Assembly (NCBI GenBank): GCA_040285825.1 | Contig: JAUPSS010000007.1 | Span: 3,012,689-3,076,688 of the forward strand | From: Eukaryota sp. TZLM1-RC | Taxonomy: Eukaryota > Protista > Metamonada: BaSk clade | Length of the DNA: 64,000 bases | Reading direction: 5' to 3' | Part shown: one piece after another, positions 36,112-49,800 of the stretch | How the letters are laid out: each line of letters begins with the position of its first letter | Position numbering within the stretch: position 1 is the first letter of the stretch | Program-made: the position numbers and the translations under genes | Notes under the pieces: model-generated | Told to the model about the DNA's origin: nothing | Seen by the model: the letters and a program-made list of their open reading frames with translations, nothing else | Database searches by the model: none

Positions 36112-39100
36112 GCTAATTTCTTCTCAGAACAAGCTGAATACGATTCTGATACAATATTCATGGTACAATCCATAAAGTCCACAACCAACTGCCTACAATT
36201 AAACTTTTCGATCAACAATGTCGAAGTTAAAGGCATAATCGACTCTGGCGCAACATGCTCAGTAGTCACGGAAGACGTCATCAGTAATTGTAAAATGGCA
36301 CGTTCCAACGAAACCATATCCTACAAGATTGCTGATGGAACTACCTCACAGTCCCTTGGTACTGTTTCTGGAACCCTTAGCATTAGACTAGGCAGTGTTA
36401 CCCAGATTGTACATGTGAAACCAAAGTTCAGCATCGTTCCTGGACATGAGACCATTCTTATTGGTGCTGACTTGTTGAGTCACCTTGGGCTGATGAACAA
36501 CAAGGGCATTTATATTAGAATGGACGACGCCTGTCGCACATTACTATTACCTGAAGCCGAATTCGATCATCGAATATCGCAAGCTTCAGAAGTCGTCAAC
36601 GTTTCCACACGTTGGTTGGAACACATCAACTCATCTGGTTGTATTATCAACCTCGACAACGACCATTTCAAGAAGTCCCTACTTCAAACTTTGAAAGAGT
36701 TCGAAGACGTATTTACCCTCAAGCTTCATGCTGAAGGTATGGATTGCCCTCCCATGGAAATCAACTTCTACAATGAAGACGTCAGAGTTAGAAGACCCCC
36801 CAGGACCCTGAATCCAGCCAGGCTAGAGGTCGCTAACCAAATTTTCGACGAACTCGTAGACTCAGGATTTGCTGTTTCATCGAACCATGAGTTCAGCTCC
36901 CCTGTCTGTCTAGTGGTCTACCCAGATCACCGTAAGCCCCGTCTTACTGGTGATTATAGTGGCAAGGACGGAGTCAACGCCAACACCATTCCTGTTGAGC
37001 CCAACCTTCCAAGAATCCCCGATGTGCTGGTATTTCTCTCCCAAGCGAACTACATAGGCACCCTTGACCTCCCCAAAGCCTTTTGGCAACTGAAGATTGC
37101 TGAAAAGGACTGGCAGAAAACAGCCCTGAGCATTCCTGGCAAAAGCATCATGTTCAAACGTGCAGCTTTTGGCCTCAAGAATGTCCCAGCCGTTTTCCAA
37201 AACGTCATGGCTGACATCTTCTCTGAAGACGGTGTCTTCATCTACATAAATGACATCATAATCATTGGTTCAACCTTTGACGAATTCATTGAACGCCTCC
37301 GTCGCGTCCTTGATCAAGCCAGATGCAAAAGAGTTTCCTTGGGACTTCCAAAGTGCCATTTTGTGTCTTCCAGACATCAATCAAGATACTGGGCAGTGTT
37401 TTCCAAAACAAACAACGGACTGATCCCACTCGCGTTGAATCTTTGTTGAATCTACCTAGACCAAAGACAATCAAAGACGTCCGCAGCCACGTAGGATCAG
37501 TCAACTTCATTAGAGAATGGCTTCCTCGGGTATCTGAGCTCATCGTTCCTATAATCAGATTGACTAAGAAGGATGGAAATAACCCCAACGTTAAACCCAA
37601 ACCCCGCGCGCAACGCCTTCAATGGACCGACATGCACGACGGACTCCTTCAAAAGATCAAACAACTGATAGCGAAGCACATGCCGCTCAGCTTACCTCCT
37701 CTGGAAAACCAAATTTTAATTAGTTGCGATGCATTCGACATAGCTTTAGGCGGTGTCATATGGGAACAAATCGAACAAGTGGAAGACCCCGGTACCCCCC
37801 TGATCGACAGGAAATGTAGGCCTATCAGCTTCTTTAGCCGGTTGTTAACCAACTCGCAAAAGAACTGGCCAACAAACCAAAAGGAACTCTATGCCATCCT
37901 GCTCATGTTAACTCACAGTGGTTTCGAAAACTACTTGAAAGGACGGAAACTGGTCATATTCACAGACCATCAAAACCTTACCTACATGTTCACTGCTCCG
38001 GACAAGAATAGAATCGTAACCAGATGGTTACCCATTTTTTCTGAATTCTGCTTTGAATTGGTGCACACCAAAGGGGAAGATAACTTCTGGGCTGATATAT
38101 TGTCTCGAATAATTCCGCCTATAGACGATCATGAGATCAATCATTTGTCCCTTCAAATGTCTCCAAATTTTCATCCAATATTTTATATCGATAAAATAGA
38201 TGAAACAGAAAACGAAAGACACTACATAGAAGATTTAAACAACTTCGAACGTATCATGGTCATCAAAGAACGATATTCCAACGACCTCCCTATTTTCGAG
38301 CCATGGCTCTGTAGGATTAGGTCCGAACAGAAGCTTGCCATAGCTTCCAAAGACCCCTCTTTCAACAACTGTGTTCATAACAATAACCTTGATTTATATA
38401 TGACGCACGACAACAAGATAGTGATTCCCAAATCACTCATTAAGGACACCCTTAACTTGTTGCATGGACTTCTGCAAGGACCCCATCCAAGCAAAGCTGA
38501 AAGCCTGAACAAGCTCAGGAACAGCGATTATTGGTGGCCAAACATGCTCACCGACATGAATAAGCACCTCCAAGAATGCCCCTCCTGTCAGAAAACAAAG
38601 CCAGTTCCCAAACTGCATGTTCCCCCAACCGGTTCATTGTGGGCTGACAGACTTTTGCTCGCGTCAACGCCGACGTTATTGGTCCTCTTCCAGAAGATCA
38701 AAAAGGCTACAAATACATCCTCGTATTTATTGACGGCTTCTCTAGGTTCACGATCATCGTGCCTTCAAAAGAGATAAATGCCAATCTTATTGCAGATGCA
38801 TTAATTTGGAAAGTCTGTGCCATCTTTGGTATTCCATTTCAAATCCACAGCGATAATGGACCCGAATTTTCCAAGGCTGTCTTTGACGAACTAAGCAAAT
38901 TTTTAGGCATAGAGATGAAAGTCAATACCTAGGTTTTCTCAGTCCAACGGCCTGGTAGAGCGCCGACACAGAGACATCCTGCAAAACCTACGGAAATTGC
39001 TCGTAGACTTCAACGCCTACGATGTGTGGTCTGAATACTTGCCTTATGTGCAATTATTGATCAACTCTTCCAAGAGCTCAATAACCAACTACACTCCATA

Positions 39101-39788
39101 CCAAGTGATCTTTGGCTCAGATGTGTGTCCTAGATCAGACCCTGGCAAAATTCTTGAAATTATTGAAAGCTCGACGTCTGAGTCATCTTTTATGCAAGAA
39201 ATTCAATCTAAATTTCGAAGGTTGAATGAGAAACAGGAAAAGGCAGCACACCATCAAGCTTCCAAAGCTTCCAAGCTAACAAGATCGACAACCCCAAACC
39301 CTTTTGAAGTTGGCCAATTGGTATTGAGAGCATCTGGGTCTTCCGCTAAGCTTCATAGAGACTATTAAGGACCCTTCCTAATTACTGAAATCGTATCCAA
39401 TTCGTCTGTGAATATTAAGAATCTCTGCACTGGTACGATAGTCCAAGCTAGCGTCAAACATTTAGCACCCTGGCACTCCAGCTTACCCACCAACGATGAG
39501 TTCCACTCATGGGTCGCTGCAGGTGATGTTGAAGAACACATCATTGAAAAAGTGCTCAGTCAGGACGGTGACTTTTGCCAAGTGCAATGGCCTGGAAAAG
39601 AGATCACCACTGAACATGTGTCTACAGTCCAAAATACTTCCGCGTATAAAGATTTTATCAAGACTTCAAATGTATGTCACCGCACTAAATCCGCTCCTCC
39701 CAAAAAGCGTACTAATTCCAACGGTTCACCTCCTGTGACTAGAGCTTCCAGGGCTCGGCGCTCGAAAGAGAGGAAAAGGCAGTGTTAG
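36112..39788 (+). pseudogene. pol: pol: aspartic protease, RT, RNase H, integrase, chromodomain-like tail (frameshifts near 37380, 38650, 38920; TAA 39366)
   Basis: IIDSGAT; LDLPKAFWQ, FGLKNVP, YINDI (degenerate YxDD); CDA..KELYA..TDH; H..H..CPSC, DVIGPLP, SDNGPEF, SNGLVER; IEKVL..VQWPG. Confidence 0.92.
39764..39782 (+). promoter_or_regulatory. Polypurine tract
   Basis: GAAAGAGAGGAAAAGGCAG directly before the 3' LTR. Confidence 0.85.
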
Positions 39789-39930
39789 TCTTGAATAGTA
39801 TTTATAGTTTAATTGTATAGTTTATTAGTATTCCGCCTATTAGTTTAAGAAAAGAGAATACAATTCCTCTTCGTAATAAATTTCATTACTTTTACTCTGT
39901 ATGTCTGACACTAACTCGTCTAGACCATCA
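39783..39930 (+). repeat. 3' LTR
   Basis: Direct repeat of 32553-32700. Confidence 0.93.
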
Positions 39931-41430
39931 ATAATTACAAAACAAAACAAATTAAAACACATAAGAAACAAAATTCTCCACACTAACTCTCGATGAATAT
40001 TTGTACAGCTTGGACATCATTAAATTTAAATACTTGGGAACACTTCTATACAAAGCAAAAATGAAACGATTCTTCCATTAATAGCCAGCAAAATTCTTAC
40101 TACTTGAACGACCAAAACTATCAAAATCATTAAGACAATTCAAACCAGATTGACCAATGTTACCAAAAATAGAGAAGACAAAAGGAACAAAAGAAAATTT
40201 CGAGTAAAGGTTCCTATTTAAATCAGTCAATAACTCAGCATATTTGTCTCGTTTTCGAACCTTAGAATTGTTCAAGTGGACATTAGAACTAACTACGACA
40301 TCATCACGATAAATTGAAGCAACGGGATCAACAGTAGTAAAATCAACAACAACTTGAGAGGAATCCACAAAAGAAGCAATTAAATCACCTCGACGTGAAT
40401 TAAACAGATTATTATCACTATAATGCTTCAACAACGGTTCTACTTTGCAACTAAAATTGTAACACTTGAACATCTCATCCGATATTGAAGAAATTTCTTA
40501 CAACTAACAATATGACGGAAATTGGCAGTAGGTTTTTCGTTACAAATACAAACAGAATTATCCAAAAGACCACTTGGATACAGCCCTAATCTCAAACGCT
40601 TGTATTGTTTCCAAGCTTTAATTGTTAAGTGAAGACCAAATGGCCTTGGTTGCTGAGAAATTTAACTAGTACAATTTTGAATGTCTGACAAAAAGGCAGC
40701 AAATACAGAATTATTAATCATAGTCACACTAAGTCGCTTGAAAAAACCTGGTCTTCAAAACCATTTAAAACAGACTTCTGTAATTTCACAACAGCAAGAT
40801 CAAGATTAGTCACAGATCTCGAAGAGATAGAAGGCAAACTTGAAGGAAAACACGTATTCCACTCATCAATAGGTAATTCTTGCAACATATTTTCGAGAGA
40901 TTTCAATAAAGGATGAGATTTATTCAAAGAAATTTCATCAAACCGGAGTTTCCATTCAAAAAGAAAATTTTTCATACCACCAATGAAAGCACTTTTGCAT
41001 AAATATTCTGCTTTTGAAAAGCCAACTCCAGCAAATTTAACTAAAAAACGCATGATAAAGAATTTTTGACGGACATATTTCCACCAAATTACCTAAAAAA
41101 TTGTATCTCAAAGCACTAAATCGACGTGCAAAATCCTGTGAAATTGTGGGGGATAAAAAACGAAGAAGGTGATTAATTTTTGATCCAAAACACACATTTA
41201 AGACCGAAAACGCTAAATTCTTGTCAATTTTTAACTCTTGAATAGCTAAAAGTTACTTCTCAATTTTTTCCAAAATGCTGGTCAAAATCGATTTAATTTT
41301 TTCACTGTTTCCAAAATAGGAGCCAAGAAAACGAACTAAATATGCTTCATAATCAATTTGATGAAAGTCTCATTAAGTGCTACATCAACATTCTGTTTAC
41401 CAATAATGAAACATTTGGGCAATTTGATAA
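39931..41430 (-). mobile_element. Non-LTR family H, degenerate 3' part
   Basis: FLG, AGVGF, CIC..HIVSC, RRGD, VVDFT, KRDKY. Confidence 0.85.
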
Positions 41431-41705
41431 TAACTTTTATTTATTACAAAACTTATAAATCAACATTAAAATAATCTATCTCTCCCAAAACAAAACAACT
41501 AAATGCAACTTTCTCATAGTGAGGTCCAAGTGATATCAAAGCATCAGAAACCATCTTCAACATCCCCTTAAATTTAGAAAACACAATTCTATTTTGCTAA
41601 AGCAATTTGTTAAAACTTCTATTGGTTCTTTTCTTCAAAATCTGCCAAAAAACATAAAGCAGTTGGTATAAACTTGACTTGCAAATTCATATTTCTTATC
41701 CTCAT

Positions 41706-43380
41706 ATGAGCAATCTTCAAGTAGAACGTCCTGATTTACTTCCTGGTCTTCCTGGTGGCGATAAGCTTAAACTATTATGGCATTACTTTATGGTTATCTG
41801 CGAAACTCCTCATGGTTCATTCCATTCCAAACCCCTTTCCGATCGATTTGTTGAAATCGCCAAGGAATTGAAGTTGGAGGTAGAGCAGGATGAGGCCCAC
41901 AATGTTGTGGTCCGAAAACCGGCCTCTGATCCCAAATATGAGAAAATACCATCCATTTGCTTTCAAAGTCACTTTGTATGAAACGTTTTGCCTTTCTCAA
42001 CTCAGGATATGGTATGCATACAATTATATCAAATAACCATAGGTCTGTCAATCAGACTCTTCAGTCGATTTCAAAGCGCAAGGTATCAAACCTGAACTTG
42101 ATGGTAACAAGATGAAGGGCTACATTGGAGACATTCCCACTACTCTTGGAGCTGACAATGGTCTTGGTTGTGCTGCTCAGCTCGCCATGATGGCTGCCAA
42201 GTTTGATCATGGTCCATTGGAATTCCTCTTCACTTCTGATGAGGAAGTAGGTCTTATCGGAGCTGCTGCCATTAAACCTGGTTTCTTCAAATCTGAAACC
42301 ATCGTCAACTTTGACGAGGAAGATCTTGTTTGTTTACTTTTCTTCCTTTTTTAACCATAGAGCATTTGTGTTGGATGCGCTGGTGGATTCCAAAATGATC
42401 TCACAATGACTGTTGAAAGAGCCCAAGCTCCTGCCACTCACGGAGCCTACTCCGTTGACCTTAAAGGACTGTATGGAGGGCACAGCGGTGCCGATATTGA
42501 GAAGCAACGTGCTAATGCTATTATACTTATGGGTAGACTGTTATCACATGTTCGCAAGGTAGTTCCTGATGCTGAACTCTTAATTGAATCATTCTGTGCA
42601 GGAACTGCTCACAACGCAATGTATGTCTCTTTTTCCTTTCTTAACTTAGTCCCCGTGCAGCCAACGCTACTTTTTACATCAACAAAAACCATGCTGATAA
42701 GGTCTTTGTTGAGATGAACAACTTAGCTGATGCTATGAGACAGGAATACAATGGTATTGAGCCTGATGTTGTCTTGGAAATCAGGCCAGCCCAACGAAGT
42801 GAGTGTCCACTAACTGCAGCTTCCACTAGGAAACTCTTGGCTGCTGTCGTCATTGCCCCCAATGGTGTTGTTCGTTTTGATCCAGTTTTTAAACATTTAA
42901 CCGAAACCTCACAAACTAATACCATTTTAACACTCAAAAAGGATAGTAACAAGGCTGTTTTCTTGGTATCTTCCCGTTCATCAAGCCGTTCCCAAATTGA
43001 GGCACTGAAACTTAGAATTGAGGCTTATGCTAGCAGTACTGAAATGGATTGCACTCCTCCTCAAAGTGCTTATCCTCCTTGGGTGCCCAAATACGATGCT
43101 CCCATTGTCAATTTAACTGTAGAAGCTTATAAGGAAGCCATCCAAAAGGACCCTCAAGTTTATGTCGTTCATGGGGGTTTAGAACCTTCTCTGTTTAGCG
43201 ACTTGAATCCTAATATGCAATGTGTATCTATTGGTATGTTGATTGTTGTTATTGTTAATCTTAGGTCCCCATATTAAAAACCCACACACTCCCCAAGAGT
43301 ATTTAGAAGTTGATTCTGTTGAGCCTTTCTGGGATTTGACTATGAAATTAGTTGAACTTTGGAATAAAAAATTCCAGTAA
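41706..43380 (+). CDS. pepD: Aminoacyl-histidine dipeptidase (peptidase M20, PepD-like); exons 41706-41975, 42006-42011, 42043-42327, 42361-42620, 42650-43233, 43265-43380
   Basis: Splicing restores QSHFDMVC, TTLGADNG, TSDEEVGL, GCAGG, GGHSG, NAIPR, HGGLE and SIGP..PHTPQE; five GT-AG introns of 30/31/33/29/31 nt. Confidence 0.93.
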
Positions 43381-43879
43381 TTAAATAGGAGATTTTATCT
43401 CTCAGTTGTTTATAAATATTTATCATCTTTTATTTCTTTAGGGTAACGAATTCTGTAACGGAAGACAAGCAAAAAACTAGGTTTGCCAAAAGTCTTGAGT
43501 TATTGTTGGTTTTTTCAAAAAAAACACTGTTGAAGACTGGTTTGGCAAATGTTATGTTGACATTGAAATTTGTAATGATGATGAAGAAGATGTTTAGAAA
43601 TATGATAATAAATAAAAGTTATTAAACTATATGTTGGTGGATGTTTCCTTATGGATTTAATGAAAGTACACGCTAAGTGGTTTTTCAAGTCAAGTCAATT
43701 TTACAAGTCTACTTGAGTCATCTGTCAACATTACCAAAATCGTAATAGTTCCGGTAATTAAATTCATTTTTTGATGTTACTTTCTCCATTTCTCTGTTCA
43801 GTACCTATCACCACCAATCTGTACAATTTAGCTGAATTGACTCTTTCATTGTTGATCTAATTAAATATTAAATAGAGTA

Positions 43880-46800
43880 TCTCAGGCTTATAAATCCAAA
43901 TCTCTGCTGAAACAAAACAAACTCGATGCATCTACTCGTTGTGAGATTCAAGGGGAACCAGAGCATCAGAAACCAGCTTCAACATCCTCTTAAAAACAAT
44001 TCCATTCTGACAGAACCTCTGTTTATTGACTTTTGTTAAAAAACAATGAATGGCTTTTAAACATGCGTTTTCGTTGTTTTCTATGACCAAACAATTTGCC
44101 CAATCATTTAACATGTAAATGTGGTAAACCTCTTTTGTTTACTCATCTTTTGAACTGTAAACATTCCATTACATTTAGACGTAAAATACATATTGATGTG
44201 AGGGACCAAATTTATGTAATGTGTAATCACATCGGGTAGATTGCTTTTTGAAGCCTTTGGTATCGAGGTTAATTCTTGATGCCCCTGATATTGATAGTAC
44301 GCGCTACAACAGAACTTCTATGGGTCTGACAAGAGGTGAGTTGGTTGTTCCCGGCTTACAAGTTAGTTTTTAATATTTTAGACGCCATGTCCATTGACCC
44401 TTTTAATTCTTCTGACGAACATTTCATTAACTCAGATGTAAATAATCCTTTTCTTGCAGGCGAAAAATATAAAGTTGCTCAATATGCGAAAACTATTTCC
44501 TCAGTTAATGAAAATTCTCATGCCCAATATAATTTAATGGACAAATGCTCGTAGGATGAGGCGTTTTCTGTGGCCATGCAGTGTGCCAAATGATTTGATT
44601 TGTGTAAATTTAATACATATCGCTCAGTTGTTCATGATGCTGTTAGAAACCAACTATACGCTGAGTGCAAAAGTCATCACATTGAAGCTTTTGTTGAACC
44701 ATTTGTGCGTAGGTTGTCACCTGAAAATGAAGATGAAAATACTTTTGGGAAACGCCGTGCTGATTTAATTACATTAGGGTCTGATGCTGTGATAAAAGTT
44801 GTTGATGTTGTCACTGTTGATGTTTGTAAGGATTCAGCAATTGATGTTGCCAATAAGGATGAAACTCCGCTCTGCTTTGCTGAAAAGAGCAAAATCAAAA
44901 AGTACAGTGAACCCGTATCTCAGCTAGGACGTGTTGAACATGTCAAGTATCAGCTGGTTCCACTTGCTGTTTCTCTTTTTGGTAACATTGGAATATCTGG
45001 AATTAAATTTCTCGAAAGTTTCAGAAGTTTACTGAAAGAAAGAGCGGGAAAAGAATTGAACTTCAATTTCTGGCACAAGAGAATTGTTTTCAGTAAACTT
45101 AAAGCAATTTCCGAAATGATAATTAAAGCACTGTTACAAATAGGAATAGAGTATGAGAATCGCGCATTGAAGAGGTTTGATGATGTTGATGTGTGTATTG
45201 AGGATATTGAGTTCTATTTTTTTTTGTTTAATGTTTTGTTAGCGTTGAAAATACAAAGTTGATATTGGAAAAAAATATAATTTATGTCCCTTTGTTTTTT
45301 CTTTGCTTGGATCTCTAGGTAATATTCCAGAAAAAAATGTTTTAAATTTGAAGTACACTCTTCGAACATTACAGAAACGATTGACTGAAATGTATGAAAA
45401 TGATCTTTATAATAATATATGCAGCTCGGCTGTTTTAAATCAAGATCTTCACTCATTGTTATTGGAAAAGGGTGTTTGTGAAAGTAAGTCGTCAGATTCT
45501 TCACTTTTTGTAACCATTGTACCACGAAGATTTGGATTGTGTGTCACTAATGAAGCATTTGTAACAAAAATGAGATTATATTTGAACATCCCCATTAATC
45601 AATTATTATCAAAAGAAAAATGTATTTGTTCGAATTCACCTCAACTCATTTTGCGCCATGCTCTGAATTGCTCTAAATTGATAACTTATCGTTCTTCATA
45701 ACATGATGCTGTTAGAGACACTGTTTTCAATATGGCACAAACTGCAAGGATATCGTGTATCAAAGAGCCTCTGCTGAAAGAAACACTGTGTCTGAATAAT
45801 TTTGTTTCTGATGATAGAGGTGATGTATACTGTGATTGGATTGATAATTCTGAAGCTATTGTTGACTTTGTCTCATGTAATGTTGCAAATGATACTTTGG
45901 TTCACAGTAGAAAACTTAATCCTGTGACTGTTGTAAAGGAAAGAACTTTTTAAAGATAAGATTTTATTCAACAACGAATATGAAAACATAAAATGAACAA
46001 TTAAAACTCCACATCCTCAAAACCTGCCTCCCCTACATCAAAACAATTAATTGCTAAAGATTCAGAAAATTTCCCAAAAGAAGACAGTGAATCAGAAATC
46101 AGTTTTACCATTCCCTTAAAAACAGAAAATATAATCCTGTTGTGCCATGAAACACGATTGAAAATTCTTCCAGTTCTTTCCTTTACAACAACAACAAAAT
46201 CTTCAAGGAAAGCCATAGCAGCCTTACCCAAAGATCCAAGCAAAGAAAATACAAATGGACATAAATTATATTGTGCATGAGAATTTTCATTAATCGAGGA
46301 AATGGGTTTCGCATATTTAGCAATTTTATATTTTTCGCCTGCAAGAACAGGATTATTTATATCTGAGTTAATGAGATGTTCGTTAGAGGAATTACAAGGG
46401 TCAATAGACATGGCGTCTAAAATAGTAAAACTACCCAGGGAAAAAGAAAAAACGAAAAAGGAAAGAACTGAAAGAATTTTCAATCGTGTTTACTGGCAAA
46501 ATAGTATTGTACTTTCTATTTTTAAGGCAATGGAAAAACTATTTTCTGATTCACTCTCTTCTTTTGGGAAATTTTCTGAATCTTTAGCAATTAATTGTTT
46601 TGATGAAGTGGAGAAATATTTTGAGAATGTAAAGTTTTAGTTGTGTATTTTATGTTTTCATATTGCTTATTAAGAGAAAAGAGAAGAAAAAAAAGATGAA
46701 GCAAGTGGTCCAAGCGTACCATTTAAGGAAAAAGCAAATGGACAAAGAACGTAATGAGTGTGAGATTCATCGTTCAAGAAAACCAACTTTGCTTTATATT

Positions 46801-49800
46801 TATCAATTTTAGAATTTTGGTAACAGACAGCGGATTCTTGTGTTTTGACTGAGCTAATGGTATGACGAATTATTACACACATCTGTTGATCTCACATCAT
46901 TAATGATAGTGGTCCCATCAAGTCCGTCAAGCATTAAATCACCTCTGTTACGACCAAAAGAATTCCAAGTACCTTCGTCAACCAAACCAGGAAGTTAAGG
47001 TTTTAACTAGAAAACAATTTTGTGTGATTTGGATATTCAATAAAGCTGATCTCTAACCTGCATCATGGACTTTTGATCGAAAAGTAATAAAATGTTTACA
47101 ATTAAACAAATGATTTGGAGAAATTTTTGTTCCACATTTGCAAACCAATTTCTTTTAAATTTTGAATTTATTACTTTCAACAAACTAAATGCAAAAGTTA
47201 AAATTCTAAATCTTCATATCCAAAATCAGTCAACAAAAATTGACTGGAAATATTTCCTTCATCAAAGCGACCAAGACATAATAAAGCAGAAGACAATAAC
47301 GATAAAACACCAAGAAAAGTCGGATGCCTGTCTCCTCAAATATGGTCCAAATGCTTTCCTACCGATATTCAAGAAATTCCACCCAGAAGTCCACTATTTT
47401 AAACAGGGTGATCCTCTTGGTCCTTTTTTCTTTTAAGCACTTCATCCTTTAATGTGCGAATTAAAAGAAAGATTTCCAGAAATAGATATTGTAGCATATA
47501 CAGATGACATTTCTGTCATTTCTCCTATTTCACTTCTCAGAAAATAGCAACTTTTATTCAACAGCGTTATGAAGATATTGGTCTTTCATTAAATATTGCC
47601 AAATGTCTGATTTTTGGCCATGAACAAATTGATTATTTCATTAATGACGTCAATGTCCCCTTCATCAATTACGATCAGTCTAATTTTCGTTTTTTGGGTT
47701 GTTATCTCGGAAACATTAATGATGTCAAAAGCTAACTTTCGAATTTGTTGTCTCAATTCGGAAATGAATTAAAATCAGTTGAAAACTTAAATATGGAAAA
47801 ACATTTGAAATTCTTTTTTTAAAAAATTTGTTATTCTGGAAAGTTTACTCATATTTTGAGATCACCATCACCATCAATTTCTTTGGAATTTTGTCGTATT
47901 TTTAATGAACAACGGACCAATTTGTTGGCAAAATTATAAGAAATTGTGCATCTCCATTACGAAGCCACATTTTTTGTGGTACAGATTTTGGTGGTGTTGA
48001 TTTTTATTGATCAAGCTATCTTTTAAAGCTGCATTTATTGGAGGTGGTAAAAATTTTATCTTTGAATTTGTGAAATATCTGGATTTAAAAAAAATTCCCT
48101 CTGATATTGTGGAACTTCCTTCAAGAAGCTTGCTCTTTTTACTACTGACTTTTGCCAAATTGCAGAAAAAAATCTTAAAAGTCTTAGAAAACTTGGATTA
48201 TATTGTACGTCTTAGCTTGGCTAAAGAAAAAAATCCCGTTTTTGCAAACTTTTTGATTGATCTTGAAGACAGTTGCTCAAGTTGCCTAATCGCCCAAATT
48301 CCCAACATTTATGGCCCTCTACTTAATGATCACCAATGGACCACTGCAATGAAAATGAAATGTTTCTTATGGCTTTGTCCGTTACCAAATGATTTAATTT
48401 GTCGCTGCAAGAGTGTCGTTACGCTTTCCCTTATTTCAAACTGCAAATATTTTATTACTTATCGCTCAATTGTTCATGATTCAGTTCGTGATCAACTATA
48501 TGCCATGTGCAAAAGTTTCAATATTGAGGCATTTATTGAACCGTTAGTTCGTGACTTTCCCTAGATCAAACTGTGGTTATTTTGGTAAAAGAAGGGTAGA
48601 TTTAGTAGCTCCAGGGATCGATGGTGTTCTCAACGTTGTGGATGTTGTCTCAGTTGATGTTTGCAAAAATTCTGCTGCTCGTTTAGTGTATTCCGCTGAT
48701 TCGCCGTTATCTAACGCCGAAAAAAAAGAAGATAAAAAAATATGAAGAACCTTTGGCACAGTTAGGTAGAGTGGAACATGTGAAATATCAGTTTGTGCCG
48801 TTTGCAATTTCTCTTTTTGGCAATATTGGACCTTCAGGGTTGCACTTTTTTGAAAATTTTAAATAAGTTTTGCAATATAGATTTCGTAAAAAAATTCCAC
48901 TTTCTGGTTATATAGAATTGTCTTTTGCATTTTCAAGTCTATTCCGACAATGATTTCTAAAGCTCTTTTAGCTATTGGTGTAGAATATGAACGAAGAACT
49001 GTGAGTATGTTTAGTAGTAATGACGCTTGTTCAGAGGATATTGAATACTAGATAGAATTTAATTTCAATATAAATAATGTTGTATTTATTGAATTTGCAC
49101 ACTTAATTAAATTAACTCATAACTAATGGAACGACTATCATTGAACCAAGATTTTCTCTACAAAATCTTGATCTGCTTGCTGTCTAGCTAAAGCTTCTCT
49201 TATTCGATTGAAAAACCGTGGTAATCTATTAATAATGGCAAATTGAATCCGTGAACGCCATAAAAATATATCAAATCTTTTCATTGTTTTTTCTTGCACC
49301 ATTTTTTGGAAGTCATTCAAAAAAGTTTCTGCTTCAACTGATAATCTTCCATTTATCGGAAATGATAAAGCAATAAAAACCAGCTGTGTATTTCTATCGA
49401 CATTAGCCTCTTCAATATCTTTATCATATTTTCTATGTTTCTCTTTTGCTTTAAAATCCAGAGCAGCCACAGGATTAAGTTTTCTTCTGTGAACCAAAGT
49501 ATCATTTGCAACATTACATGAGACAAAGTCAACAATAGCTTCAGAATTATCAATCCAATCACAGTATACATCACCTCTATCATCAGAACCAAAATTATTC
49601 AGAGAAAGTGTTTCCTTCAGCAGGGGCTCTTTGATACACGATATCCTTGCGGTTTGTGCCATATTGAAAACAGTGTCTCTAACAGCATCATGTTATGAAG
49701 AACGATAAGTTATCAATTTAGAGCAATTCAGAGCATGACGCAAAGTGAGCTGAGGTGAATTCGAACAAATACATTTTTTCTTTTGATAATAATTGATTAA

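Larger units (their letters stand above)
32553..39930 (+). mobile_element. Full-length degenerate Ty3/gypsy LTR retrotransposon (chromodomain-like C terminus)
   Basis: 148-bp TG..CA LTRs, probable ATAA TSD, PPT, domain order gag-PR-RT-RH-IN. Confidence 0.95.
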
